From Polymyxa betae A26-41 (lineage: Eukaryota > Protista > Endomyxa: Phytomyxea): a stretch of 45,194 nt of DNA. The position numbers and the translations under genes were made by a program. The notes beneath the pieces were generated by a model. That model was not told the DNA's origin and searched no databases. It saw nothing but the letters and a program-made list of their open reading frames with translations. Shown here in pieces: positions 35,584-45,194 of the stretch. Within the stretch, counting starts at the first letter, position 1. The number at the start of each line of letters is the position of its first letter. The stretch spans positions 1-45,194 of the forward strand of contig RBZT01000597.1 of the NCBI GenBank assembly GCA_003693705.1, in the 5' to 3' direction.

Positions 35584-38388
35584 ATGACCGATCGACAAGC
35601 GACATTATCCAGTATTGGGACCTTGATCGATAAACTCGAACAGGTAGGGTTTCGCTTTTTTGTACTTTGGCCTTCCTGATTTGTCTGTTTTCATCGACTT
35701 TTTTTCAAGATACTTTTGATAAACAGCTGTCTGTTCTTTCTATCAGTTTCTCCAAGCCTGCTAGAGCAGAAAGGCAGTCATAAAGCTTAACTTGGATCAG
35801 GGTTTCTGTCAGTCGCTTTACGTTTCCAAATTTCTAACCCATTTTGTCTCTCTTGTTTGTTTTGTCATTTCGATCATGTTCGATTTAGACTGCCTGTCGT
35901 CATCGTCTACCGCTTCTGCCGACCACTGTCCAGATCCTGAACGCTTTCCGTGAGCGAGTTAGTGACATCGTTGATCACGCTCGGCAAGGAGGCATGGGCG
36001 AGCCGTCGCCCGCTTCCGCTGGTAGTCAACAGCGCGATTCAAACCGAACCGATGCAGCGAGAAACACTGTTGCGTTAAACGATTTCGATTTTGAGACTCC
36101 CGGCTCGGCTTTCAAACCTTCTTCGTCTGAGAATATTGCTGCTGAAATCGTGAAACTGGATTCGCCACCGGTGTTAGGCGAAGATGCCCAGTTTGAAGCA
36201 TTGCTGGCGAAAGAGTCGACATGCTTGCGATGTAGTCGGGTTGATATGGATTCCATACTTGTTTTGGAGTCCTGCGATCATCGATTCTGTCGAGATTGTC
36301 TCCGTTCAGTTTTGCTTGATGATAAATCTGATTATCAATCTCGAACAACTTGTCCGGATATAGGCAAGCTGGTCAATTTTTCGCTAATTTATTTCAAAAC
36401 AATTGCAAACCGTTTTTGCGAACAGATTTTCATGCTTATGTAATTGTGTTAATAGCAACTAATTCTCTATTTCAAGGTTGCCAAACAATCATTCCAGCTT
36501 GCATTTGTCGCAAGATTTTGCACCCTTTCGAATACCAAGCTCTGGAAGATGCTAGTATCGAAGCTGTCCTTTGCAGCAGCGCCTATATTCGATGCCCTTC
36601 ATGCAACGAACGATTCGAGAAGCAGCCGGGTAAGATCCTCGGCCCCGAACAAGATGCCGTCCGTTCATTGGATGGCTCTCGCATGAGTTGGGCCGCTCTA
36701 AAGCACCGAGCATTACATCGATTCCGTTGCCATTGTGGCGTCGATTTCTGCGATTCGTGTGGCTCGAATCCCTATCATAACGGTTTCAACTGCGAGAGCT
36801 ACAAGGCGTATTCGGCGTCCCAGTTCTGTCGCTTCTGCCATGCGGTGATCGGGAGACAGATTCTGCCGAAGTTCGGGCTTCTGACATTCATGCTCTCACG
36901 ACTTCTGACGTTGGGCGTCAGATCTTCTCCGGTCGCCGACGTTTGCGGCAATGCTGACTGCATCGCCAAGTCCAATGAGATCTGCACGAAGGTTCTGCCG
37001 TGCTCCCATCCTTGTTCTGGGATCGCCCGTGAATCGAAGTGCTTGCGCTGTTTGAAGTGTCCTGACAAAGATAATAATGTAGTTTCTGTGAGTTACAGGT
37101 TTATGAATGTATTATTTTTGCTTTCATGCCGTTCGCGTTTATCCAACTTTCGTATTTGTTGAGAGAAAACTAAATGGTTGCTCGTTTTAGGAGGAGTTTT
37201 GTAACATTTGCTGGGTCGAAAGCCTCGGTTCAGCTCCCTGTATTGAACTAGAATGTGGCCATATTTTCCATAGTGCCTGTATGCGAAAGAAATTAGAGAA
37301 TCGGTATCGCTTTTGCGCCTTATTCTTTCTTGATGCTCTGACATATCCCATAGATGGCCTGGGTCTCGAATCTCGTTCGGTTTCCTGTCATGTCCACTTT
37401 GTCAAAAAACAGTTGCTCATTCGAGCGTGAACGCAATCATTCGTACACACCAAAAACTGAGAAAAGACGTCACTGTATTCATTGCTTCTGTGTTTTCTAT
37501 AACGTTTGGCTGTTTCATACTTGACCAGCCTCGGGCTTGTTCTCCCATTTGCCAAGATATTTTATGAATATGGTTTGCTGCCAGGCGCTGGCGGTGAAAA
37601 GGCTGCGTGTAGAGCAACTAACGGAACACGAAAAAATCACGTCTCCCAGCTCCCGCTATTTCAGAAAGCCGGAAGCGTTCGCTCTAGATACGTTCGCTTT
37701 TTATCAGTGTTTCAAGTGCCAGGTCAGTGTTGGTTTCTGTTCGCTGTCTTCGATTCAGACCCTTTACAGAAACCCTATTTTGGCGGCAAGCGAGAATGTG
37801 GCGATATGGTTGGATTGAATGCAGAACAGGTATCTTATTTGAACGGCTATGTCGTTTTGTCGATATAATTGGTATTAGTTTGATGCCTCCGAATTGCTCT
37901 GTGCCAAGTGTGCCGGATCGCCATCGAGCTGCTCCAAGCATGGTCCTAATTACATGTATTCTGTGCTAGCCGATGTCGCCAAACGATCTAATCTTTGTAT
38001 CCAGAGAGTATAAGTGCCGTTATTGCTGTCATGTTGCGGTTTGGTTCTGTTGGGGTGCGCTGATTCGAAATCTCAACTGATACTGACATTAGCATTATTA
38101 GGCAATACACATTTCTGTGATAAATGTCATGGTTTGCGGCCAACCACATTCCCAGCATGTCCTGGACCGACACGCTGTCCGCTTGGCGTCGATCATCCGC
38201 CCAATGGCAAGGAGTTCTCGTTGGGCTGTGCATTATGTCGTCGAGGTCGGGAGCGCCCCGAACCGCCGCCCAGCGCCTCGCCGCCTGTTAGGACCAGGCC
38301 GAGAAGAGACGTCATCGATCTCTCCAAGGACGAACGGCCACGTCGTCCTCGACTGCAAGAGCGAAGAGAAATCATTGAGCTGGAGTAG
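35584..38388 (+). CDS. E3 ubiquitin ligase: RING + IBR-like module fused to a MYCBP2-type RING-H2/tandem-cysteine (RCR) module; start may instead be 35994
   Basis: RING (CLRC...CDHRFCRDC...CPDIGC) and IBR-like (RCPSC...HRFRCHCGVDFCDSC...YHNGFNC). MYCBP2 C-terminus-like: LPCSHPCSG, CNICWVESL...LECGHIFH...[96 protein letters not shown]. Confidence 0.92.
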
Positions 38389-38587
38389 GCTCACATTGAT
38401 CTCATTTGTTACGTGCATCATCTAATAAGTATTGAACCAACATTTAATATCGTGATCCCTTTTCGAGCATTGCATTACAAGCTCAAGAAGATCTGTGGAA
38501 AGCAAGGCATTCGCCTGCTTTTTATTATCATGCCGGAGAAGGGGTTGTAGACGGGTCTAAGCAGGCTCTTCCCTCGTGAAGGTGGTC

Positions 38588-39086
38588 ATGCGCGACACCG
38601 GCAAACCGTTCAAGGCGAACCTGGGCGAACGCGCTCTTTACAACTTGAAATTTGACGGTCGTATTCGTGATTCTGTCGAGCGTCAGTATTAGCGCCTCAC
38701 GTTAAATGTTCTCATCGCTGGGTCGTGGTCGGCTATCACGAGACTCGCGATTTGCCGACTGACAAAATCTGTCACTGAGAACTGAGAAAAGCTGATTACA
38801 TCGCCCTCTTTGATTTGCAGACGAATGCATTTGTTTTCAATTCTATGTAGCCATACCTTATACACTGATATATTTTTGTATGCAGAGATTCGTAGGCGAG
38901 GTATTCACAAAGCAGATGCTGGGAACTCGCGCCGCGAACTTCAAAGCTTGTAACGATATCTTAAAATTCATCAAGAAAAGTTGTGACACTGATTTGGAAT
39001 CTGCAGAAGCATCAGCTGTACGACGAAACCCAGTACGACAAAACGTTATATCGGCTTTATGGGTTCTTATCCAGGGTACCAAATAA
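38588..39086 (+). CDS. Possible small spliced gene of unknown function
   Basis: MRDTGKPFKANLGERALYNLKFD exon ending at a GT, TGCAG acceptors, and a 68-codon terminal ORF followed by AT-rich sequence. No recognisable domain. Confidence 0.3.
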
Positions 39087-39365
39087 AAAATGATGTCTAC
39101 TAACTGAATTTTGGCCTTTTATCTATTTGAAGCTATGCGGAATCGATTTTAACCTTGAACGAGCTTTTTTTATTTTTGAATTACGGCTTTAACCTTTGCT
39201 TGCGGCCAAGTTAAATGGGTAGTTATTCAGAATACCGTATTTGATGTATTTAACCGATGATTTCTACTTTTCAGATTCCTTAATTTGTATTGCATACGTT
39301 TAGTGTTTACAGTTAATCTGTACAATACATGTTATTCATATAAATTTTAGTTATTTTAATTATTA

Positions 39366-40520
39366 TTATAGTAAAATGTGGATAAGATAGTGCTTGAAGT
39401 CCTTCCAGGGGCTGTTCTTCTTGTTTAGCGCCTGCTCCCTGTTATCGATGTCCTTCAGGCACTTTTTCTTGATGCCGTGCAGGCTGTCCCTTCCTCCGGC
39501 AGGAATTTCAAGCCTGGCCATCTCTCTCATCACTAAATGGCGATCAGCAATTGGTTACCAGCAGAATGGGGGAATTTACAGAGCAGAGTGCTGAAAACTT
39601 GCACCTGCATGTCCTTTCCGTCTTCCGCGTCGATGAGAGTTTGGCCGGCGGTCCCCGAGATTTGTTTCGAAGCCAGAGCTTTCAGTTCCTGCCTGCGAAT
39701 GCCGTCAAATATGGAACTCAAAAATGTTAACATTTTAATACAGGTGTGCTGGGACATTTTCGTCGAACCTGAAGTCTCGCAGAGCCGAAAATTCTTCCAA
39801 TGGAACTATTTCACTGAGAAAAAAAGCATCAGACGTTAGGGTAGGAAATAAAAATCAGTCTTACATATCATGCCAGTCGATTCCTTCGAATCGGACCTGG
39901 ATTCTGGTATCTATCGCATCTTTGACGTCTTGTATCAAGAACTGACTTGTGTAAAACGAAGGATATAATAAATAAGGTGTAAGAATAAGAAGATTAGCGA
40001 GAAAGAAGAACAGGAAGAGCGGCGCGAGACTAAGAAGAAACGAGACGAGATAGTTGATTCAAGAACGGCGTTGACCGAACTGAGCTAGCTCTAGTTCGGT
40101 CGCGCTGCACAGGCTCTGTATTATCATGTAGTCGCAGGAATGCAGTTTCTGAAGGAAGCGGCTGCGCCTGCACGCAATCACGACATCTTGTAGCCAGCGA
40201 CTAAGGTAGCCTTCAGCGCCTCATCATCGACGATGGAGCGCTTTTGTACACAGTCGAAGACGCACGAACTGTCAACAAACTCTACCTTGCGCCCGTGTTT
40301 TTGGCGGTTGTTAGGCGCTAGGAGTACCGCATTTGGACGCTGGGCAGCCCCCATCTCGATCTGAGTCAGCAACAAAACCTTATATTCACTGGATCCGATG
40401 GTTTCTTCACTCAGATGAGCGAAGTAGATTGGGACCAGCTGTATCATATCTTGAAACTCCATCTCGATGCCTCTGGATGCCCGAACAGGAGTCCAAAGGC
40501 ATCGAAACTGCCGCTGCTCC
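39366..40520 (-). CDS. Spliced gene (or decayed gene) of unknown function
   Basis: Three clean GT-AG introns join the frame QFLIQDVKDAIDTRIQVRFEGIDWHD-EIVPLEEFSALRDFR-QELKALASK...-MREMARLEIP...HYLIHILL*. The 5' part is not resolved. Confidence 0.45.
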
Positions 40521-41279
40521 CATCATATCGAGCTCGACCAGATCCGGCGCAATGTACCTATTATATCGCTCAAATATGAATTTGCATCAAAACAATAAAT
40601 GCTAAACCTGAATCTGGTTCGCTCAGAATGATTTGTCTGATTCCAGCGTATAAGATTCGTTTTCTTGAACAGTCATCATTTCCAGTTTGACTTCCACTCC
40701 GATGATCTCGAGAGCATGCATTATCAACCCTGATATATACCAATCTCGGTTCGGGACTGCGTGCTTTGGAGGCGATGGCGGTAGTCGTCAATCAATTCAC
40801 GATCATGCAGTAGACAGCGGTTTAGAAATCCAGAGATCTGCACCATGCTGTCAACAAACAGTGCTTGGAATTTCAGGCGCCGCATTTCCTAAGAAAATTA
40901 TCGATATAATTCAACTAGTTGACCAATTGATAGAGCGAACTCATTTGCCACCACGACGATTTTTGTGATGCGGCAAGCGCTGGGCAAGGTAAAATAGAAA
41001 TTGGAAGGTTTGGAAAACAGCTCGTTTTCGTGCTGCAAACGGTCTTCGTTGCCTTTTTCAATACATTGTCCAAATTGATCGATCTGATAGGTAACGTTGT
41101 GGCAAATCCAGTTTTGCGCTTGCCGTTCAGTTTCAATCTCCTGCAACCATCATAGGTTGAGCCGTTTTCTAGTTGCAAACAATGAACAGCATCCTAGATG
41201 TTGCTGTCCATTGGGTGCATGATTACATTTTCGATGCCCCCAAACCGGTAACTTCTGAAATGATGACCTGGTACTGATG

Positions 41280-42055
41280 AGTAAGGCAGGCGCAATAACG
41301 TTACGAAATCGTAAATGTTACGTCTGGGACGTCCCCAACCAGGATATCATAATAGGAAGAGACCTATTGTTAGAAATTGGCATCACACCTGAGCAAGCTC
41401 TTGAGGTGTTAATTGCATGGAAAAACTAGATTACCTGCTACCAGTTTTGGGAGAGGATAGAGAGCCATGTCGGCTGTAAACCGACGACAAAAAAATTTAG
41501 TCTCAATGTTCAATCTTGATAAGAATATGGCGAAGCACACCTCTGCGAAACTTACTCGATGGGGGTATGGATATTTCGACCTTCAACTATAGAATTGAGC
41601 ACATTCGCGATACTTGGGCTGATTTGATGACCCGATGAGGCGCCCCAGTAATAAATTGAATGGTTAGAAAAGTCAATGTGGAATCGAAGATACCTTCAAC
41701 TTTACATATCAGGCCGCTTCAGCGTGCTGACTTTGAATGGCCGAATGTAGAAGCGGTTGCATCATCACAAGGTCAACATCAAACATGCTCGGGTCGGAAG
41801 AAAAACGATGGTTTATATATTGACAGGAAAGAGCGGATAATCATTCCTGACGATGATGGATATCTACGTCTGAGATTAGCGATCATTGGTGGAAATAGTG
41901 GACACGTTGGAACAACGGAGAGCTTGAACTTGATACAATCTGTTTTCGTTTGGAAGTTAATGAGAAAAAAGATGTGACAAATATTGCAAGCAACTGTCTA
42001 CACTGTCTCCAATGTAGAGGAGGTAAGAGAGTTCCACGCCCTCTCGGCGAACAAG
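41280..42055 (+). mobile_element. Internally deleted Ty3/Gypsy LTR-retrotransposon pol relic
   Basis: Protease C-terminal motif DIIIGRDLLLEIGI; RNase H end KLTRW...FNYRIEHI...WADLMTR; integrase Zn-binding region GHVG...FVW..M..DV.....NCLHC..PRPLGE. RT and integrase core are absent, and the frame has stops and frameshifts. Confidence 0.85.
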
Positions 42056-42277
42056 GGGGTATCAAAGTTGGCGTTTAGGAGAATTTCAAAAGCGCTTTTA
42101 AAATTTAACGTGGCATCGGTTTAAAAGCGCTTTTTAATCTTAGAAACACCTCGGGAGATGCTTTTAAATTTTAAAGCGCTTTTAAAGTGGAGGCCACGCA
42201 AACTTGCGAAAAAAATCGGAAAAATACCGATTTTTCACAGACTTAGAGCATCAACAGCAAAGTTAAAAGCACTTTTA
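42056..42277. mobile_element. AT-rich element with repeated AAAAGCGCTTTT palindromes; interrupts the Gypsy integrase and hosts the Pong insertion (continues ~44908-44950)
   Basis: AAAAGCGCTTTT at ~42088 and ~42123, AAAGCGCTTT at ~42173, AAAAGCACTTTT at ~42265, TTTAAAAGC at ~44912. Begins abruptly where the integrase frame ends. Confidence 0.5.
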
Positions 42278-42418
42278 GAGTAAGTACAGCGGTGTGTGCT
42301 AAATTCCGTGAGGTATAACCTCAATAGCACACAAAATAGCGTATGAAAAAGTGCGGGAGGCTAGAAGCTCCCAGCGGTGCCTGCAGGTCCCTTCTGTGTG
42401 CTATACTGATTCTTCAAA

Positions 42419-43826
42419 ATGTCGGTTTCCCAGCAGCAGATGCTGGCGCTCTTTGCTCAGTATACAATGGTGTTGGCCCAGGAATGTGAGGCGGAGCTTC
42501 CCTCATGTTCATCCAGCTCTGACGACAGCGATGAAGACCTCTTCATCGATATTCGACCTCGGAAAAAACGCATTCCGAATCGAAATAGGAAACGAGTTTT
42601 GTATTCGAAACTTTTACTGGATGATTATTGGGGACCACAACCAATTTATTCAGAAGAGCAGTTCCGCACCCGTTTTCGGATGCTTCTGGAACTTTTCGAT
42701 ATAATAGAAAAATAATTAACGTTACGAAACAATTATTTTGTTCAGAAACGTGACTGCACTGGACTTCTAGGATTTACAGCCAAGCAAAAGATTGCTTGTA
42801 GTATCAGGACTTTAACAAGTGGCGGTTCTTCAGAAGAGATGGACGACAAGTTCAGGATGGGCAAGTCTACGACCCTCTTAACTTTGAAATTGTTTTGTGA
42901 AGCCATTTGCGACATTTTTGCTAACTCGCTACGTCACCCAACTGTCGCCGATATTGACCGTCTTCTGGATGAGAGTAATTCTCAGGGATGGCCTGGGTGT
43001 CTCGGTAGCATCGACTGCATGCAATGGCAATGGAAAAATTGCCCAAGCGCATAGTCGGGCCAATTTAAGGGGAAGGAGGGATCACCCACTATCGTTCTAG
43101 AGGCCATTGCTGACTCAAAAATTGCCGATTTTGGCATTTCTTTTTCGGCGTTCCTGGTTCCTTGAACGACATCAACGTTCTTCAACGGTTATTTAATATT
43201 TTTGAGAACGCTACTCCTGAAATATCATTTTAGGTCCGACCTGTTCCACCAAGCAATGAACGGAGAATCTCCTCGGGTCAAATTTACAGTTAACGGTAAT
43301 GAATACTCTCAAGGGTATTGGTTAGCCGATGGGATCTACCCTACCTATCAATGCTTTGTGAAAAGCATCCCGGGTGCCCAATATATGAAAACAAAAGATT
43401 TCAACAAAAACCAGGAAAACAAGCGGAAAGACATTGAACGGGCCTTCGGAATCCTTCAGCGACGGTTCCATATTCTTACAAAACCGTGTGAATTATGGGA
43501 CCGGGATGCCATTAAAATGGTCATAAAGACCTGCGTCATATTGCACAATATGATCAACGATTTGAGATCGTATGCAGTTTCGTTTTGATGTCTCGGATCC
43601 TCGTTCACACTTTTGTACACAGGAAAATGGAATCGATCCAAATTACATTGAACATCGCGATTATGAACCTGAGCATGGCTTCATCGTCTGTCAAAGAGAT
43701 CCTGATGAACTTATGACTTACAGTGATCGTCGTCAAATAATGAGGGAGCTTACCTCGTCCGAAGAACATGCTCGGCTACACAAAGATCTAATCGAGCATC
43801 AGAGGGCAATGAAGGGTGAGCAATGA
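42419..43826 (+). pseudogene. Pong-type DDE transposase, inactivated
   Basis: FRTRFRM, QKRDCTGLLGF, GSIDCMQWQWKNCP, FFGVPGSLNDINVL, YWLADGIYP, RKDIERAFGILQRRF, CVILHNMI. In-frame stops at 42713 and 43052, a frameshift near 43120, and an intron at ~43188-43232. Confidence 0.92.
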
Positions 43827-43852
43827 CTGTCTGATTTTATCCATTTCAAAAA

Positions 43853-44686
43853 TTAAATGTCGGAAGCTGCAGTCTCATTCTGCTTCACTCCCTGTTGGAA
43901 AATGGATCGCATCATTGCTTTAATTTCCGCCATATCCTCCATAATTCGCTTACATTTTTCTTCAGTAGCAACAGCGGCTTGGGTTTGCGCTTCATATTGG
44001 GCCAGCTTGGCCGCTTTGATCTCTGCAAGGTCAGTATCAAACGCTAATCGTTTGGCTTTTTTACGACCGATTGGATGCGAGGGTTTTGCAGACTTGATGG
44101 TCGCAGGTGAAGGGTCAGGTTTGTTACCTTGCGGATCTGCAGAGGCAACTGATTCAGAGAATACGATTTTTTGGTTTTCAGGTTCTAAAGGGTCCAACGA
44201 AAACTTCGGAATCGCCTTCAGCAAGTTCCAGCACGCTTCATGAGTAAATTTAGAAGGAAAATCCGTAGAGTCAGCAATTAGTTTCTTTGCCTCGTCGACA
44301 TACATTTGGTCAGACCAGCCTGATCGTGTTCGAGAGTAAGCTTGTCCCAAGCATCCGACAAATTTTAGAACATCTTTTTGTATTGTCTATTAAATATTGA
44401 ATGTTTTCACTTAAAAAAAAACAGCAGATGAAAGCAACCTTGTTGAACCGTGCTGTCAAAGATTTGATTGATCTATAACAAGGATCGGTTTCCGGCTTAT
44501 CGCCATCAAATAGGTTGCCGATTCTCTCCCAGAAAATTTCCTTTTTCTGGTTATCCGCAGTGATTGGGTCTTGGGAAACCGACATCCAAGCGCGACAAAG
44601 ACGTTGATCTTCATCCAATGTAAAACCACTGCCCGCTTCTTGCTGACGGCAGAAGGAATCTCGCTGGGAACTGATGCAGAAGTCAT
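43853..44686 (-). pseudogene. Myb/SANT-like (NAM-associated type) DNA-binding partner ORF of the Pong element
   Basis: EDQRLCRAWMSVSQDPITADNQKKEIFWERI, RSIKSLTARF, RSGWSDQMYVDEAK, FTHEACWNLLKAIPKF, HPIGRKKAK. One intron (~44370-44438) and an apparent frameshift near 44620. Confidence 0.85.
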
Positions 44687-44952
44687 ATCAAGGACCTAGA
44701 CAATGGAGAGAGATAGACAGGGAGAAAGAAATGGAGATGATAGATGTTTATTCCGTGCGTCATCCGATGCGCCAAATTTGGCGCACGAGAAAGCGCAGGA
44801 GCAAAATAGCGCATTGAATACCTCACGACTGGAAAACTGAAAAAAAAGCGCAGCGCTATTGCGCGGCCTTCTTAGCTCATAAACGCACACCGCTGTACTT
44901 GCTCTTAAACCTTTAAAAGCAGACGTTCAAAGCTACTGAAAGCGCATGTTTG

Positions 44953-45194
44953 TGTAAGGGGAGTGACTGAGGCTAGCTGAAGGGGACGAAGGGAACTAGC
45001 TACTTTGCAGGCGAACAAGATGTGAACAGAAGCAATCAGATTGAAGAATGATTTATATAGGACGAGATCAGGCGATTAAATAGGACGCTGACTGGCTGCA
45101 GGCCACTCGAGGAGTCGACAGTGGACCAGGCGACTTGGACAGGGTCGACGACGACTTGGACAGAGTCAAAGACGGCTGGCATTACAGTCAAAAA
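44953..45194 (-). mobile_element. Probable LTR 3' end (minus orientation), truncated by window edge
   Basis: Minus strand has TATATAA (~45053-45059), a pyrimidine-rich U5-like tract and ends in ...CCCCTTACA at 44953. Internal direct repeat CGACTTGGACAG (45131, 45152). Confidence 0.5.

Larger units (their letters stand above)
42278..44904. mobile_element. Full-length Pong-like PIF/Harbinger DNA transposon (2,627 bp)
   Basis: 19-bp TIRs GAGTAAGTACAGCGGTGTG (42278-42296) and CACACCGCTGTACTTGCTC (44886-44904), one mismatch. TTA target-site duplication at 42275-77 and 44905-07. Convergent transposase and Myb-like genes. Confidence 0.95.

Noticed and set aside
4437-38388. Functional gene cluster (cytoskeleton/cell cycle: EB1, Furry, PLK, TSNAXIP1-like)
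   Set aside because: Interspersed with unrelated genes in mixed orientation. No shared regulatory motif was seen.
42713-43054. Stop-codon reassignment or readthrough in the transposase
   Set aside because: Host genes terminate normally at TAA, TAG and TGA, and the element also has frameshifts, so this is pseudogenisation.

Overview
Intron-rich, gene-dense eukaryotic DNA with mostly ~50-nt GT-AG introns and intergenic gaps often only 0.1-0.5 kb. It resembles a compact protist genome; a phytomyxid/plasmodiophorid source is a guess. A block of housekeeping genes is bracketed by transposon debris. The genes are a PHD-finger protein, a WD40 protein, EB1, S-formylglutathione hydrolase, a TSNAXIP1-like protein, RPAP2/Rtr1, an ABCD half-transporter, Furry/Tao3, DEPDC5/Iml1, a Polo-like kinase, an F-box/Kelch protein and a RING-IBR + MYCBP2-type RING-Cys-relay E3 ligase. 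On the left lies a HARBI1-type Harbinger relic. On the right lie a Ty3/Gypsy relic, a palindrome-rich element, a complete but mutated Pong-like PIF/Harbinger element (19-bp TIRs, TTA TSD) and an LTR end. Three signals stand out. (1) The ~22 introns of the GC-rich DEPDC5 gene, and no other gene, are saturated on both strands with a GTAACG/CGTTAC motif that often forms the splice sites themselves. (2) Telomere-type T(3-5)AGGG repeats build splice sites in the same gene. (3) The E3 ligase is a hybrid joining a RING1-IBR module to an apparently catalytically intact RING-Cys-relay module. All gene models and counts were made by eye.
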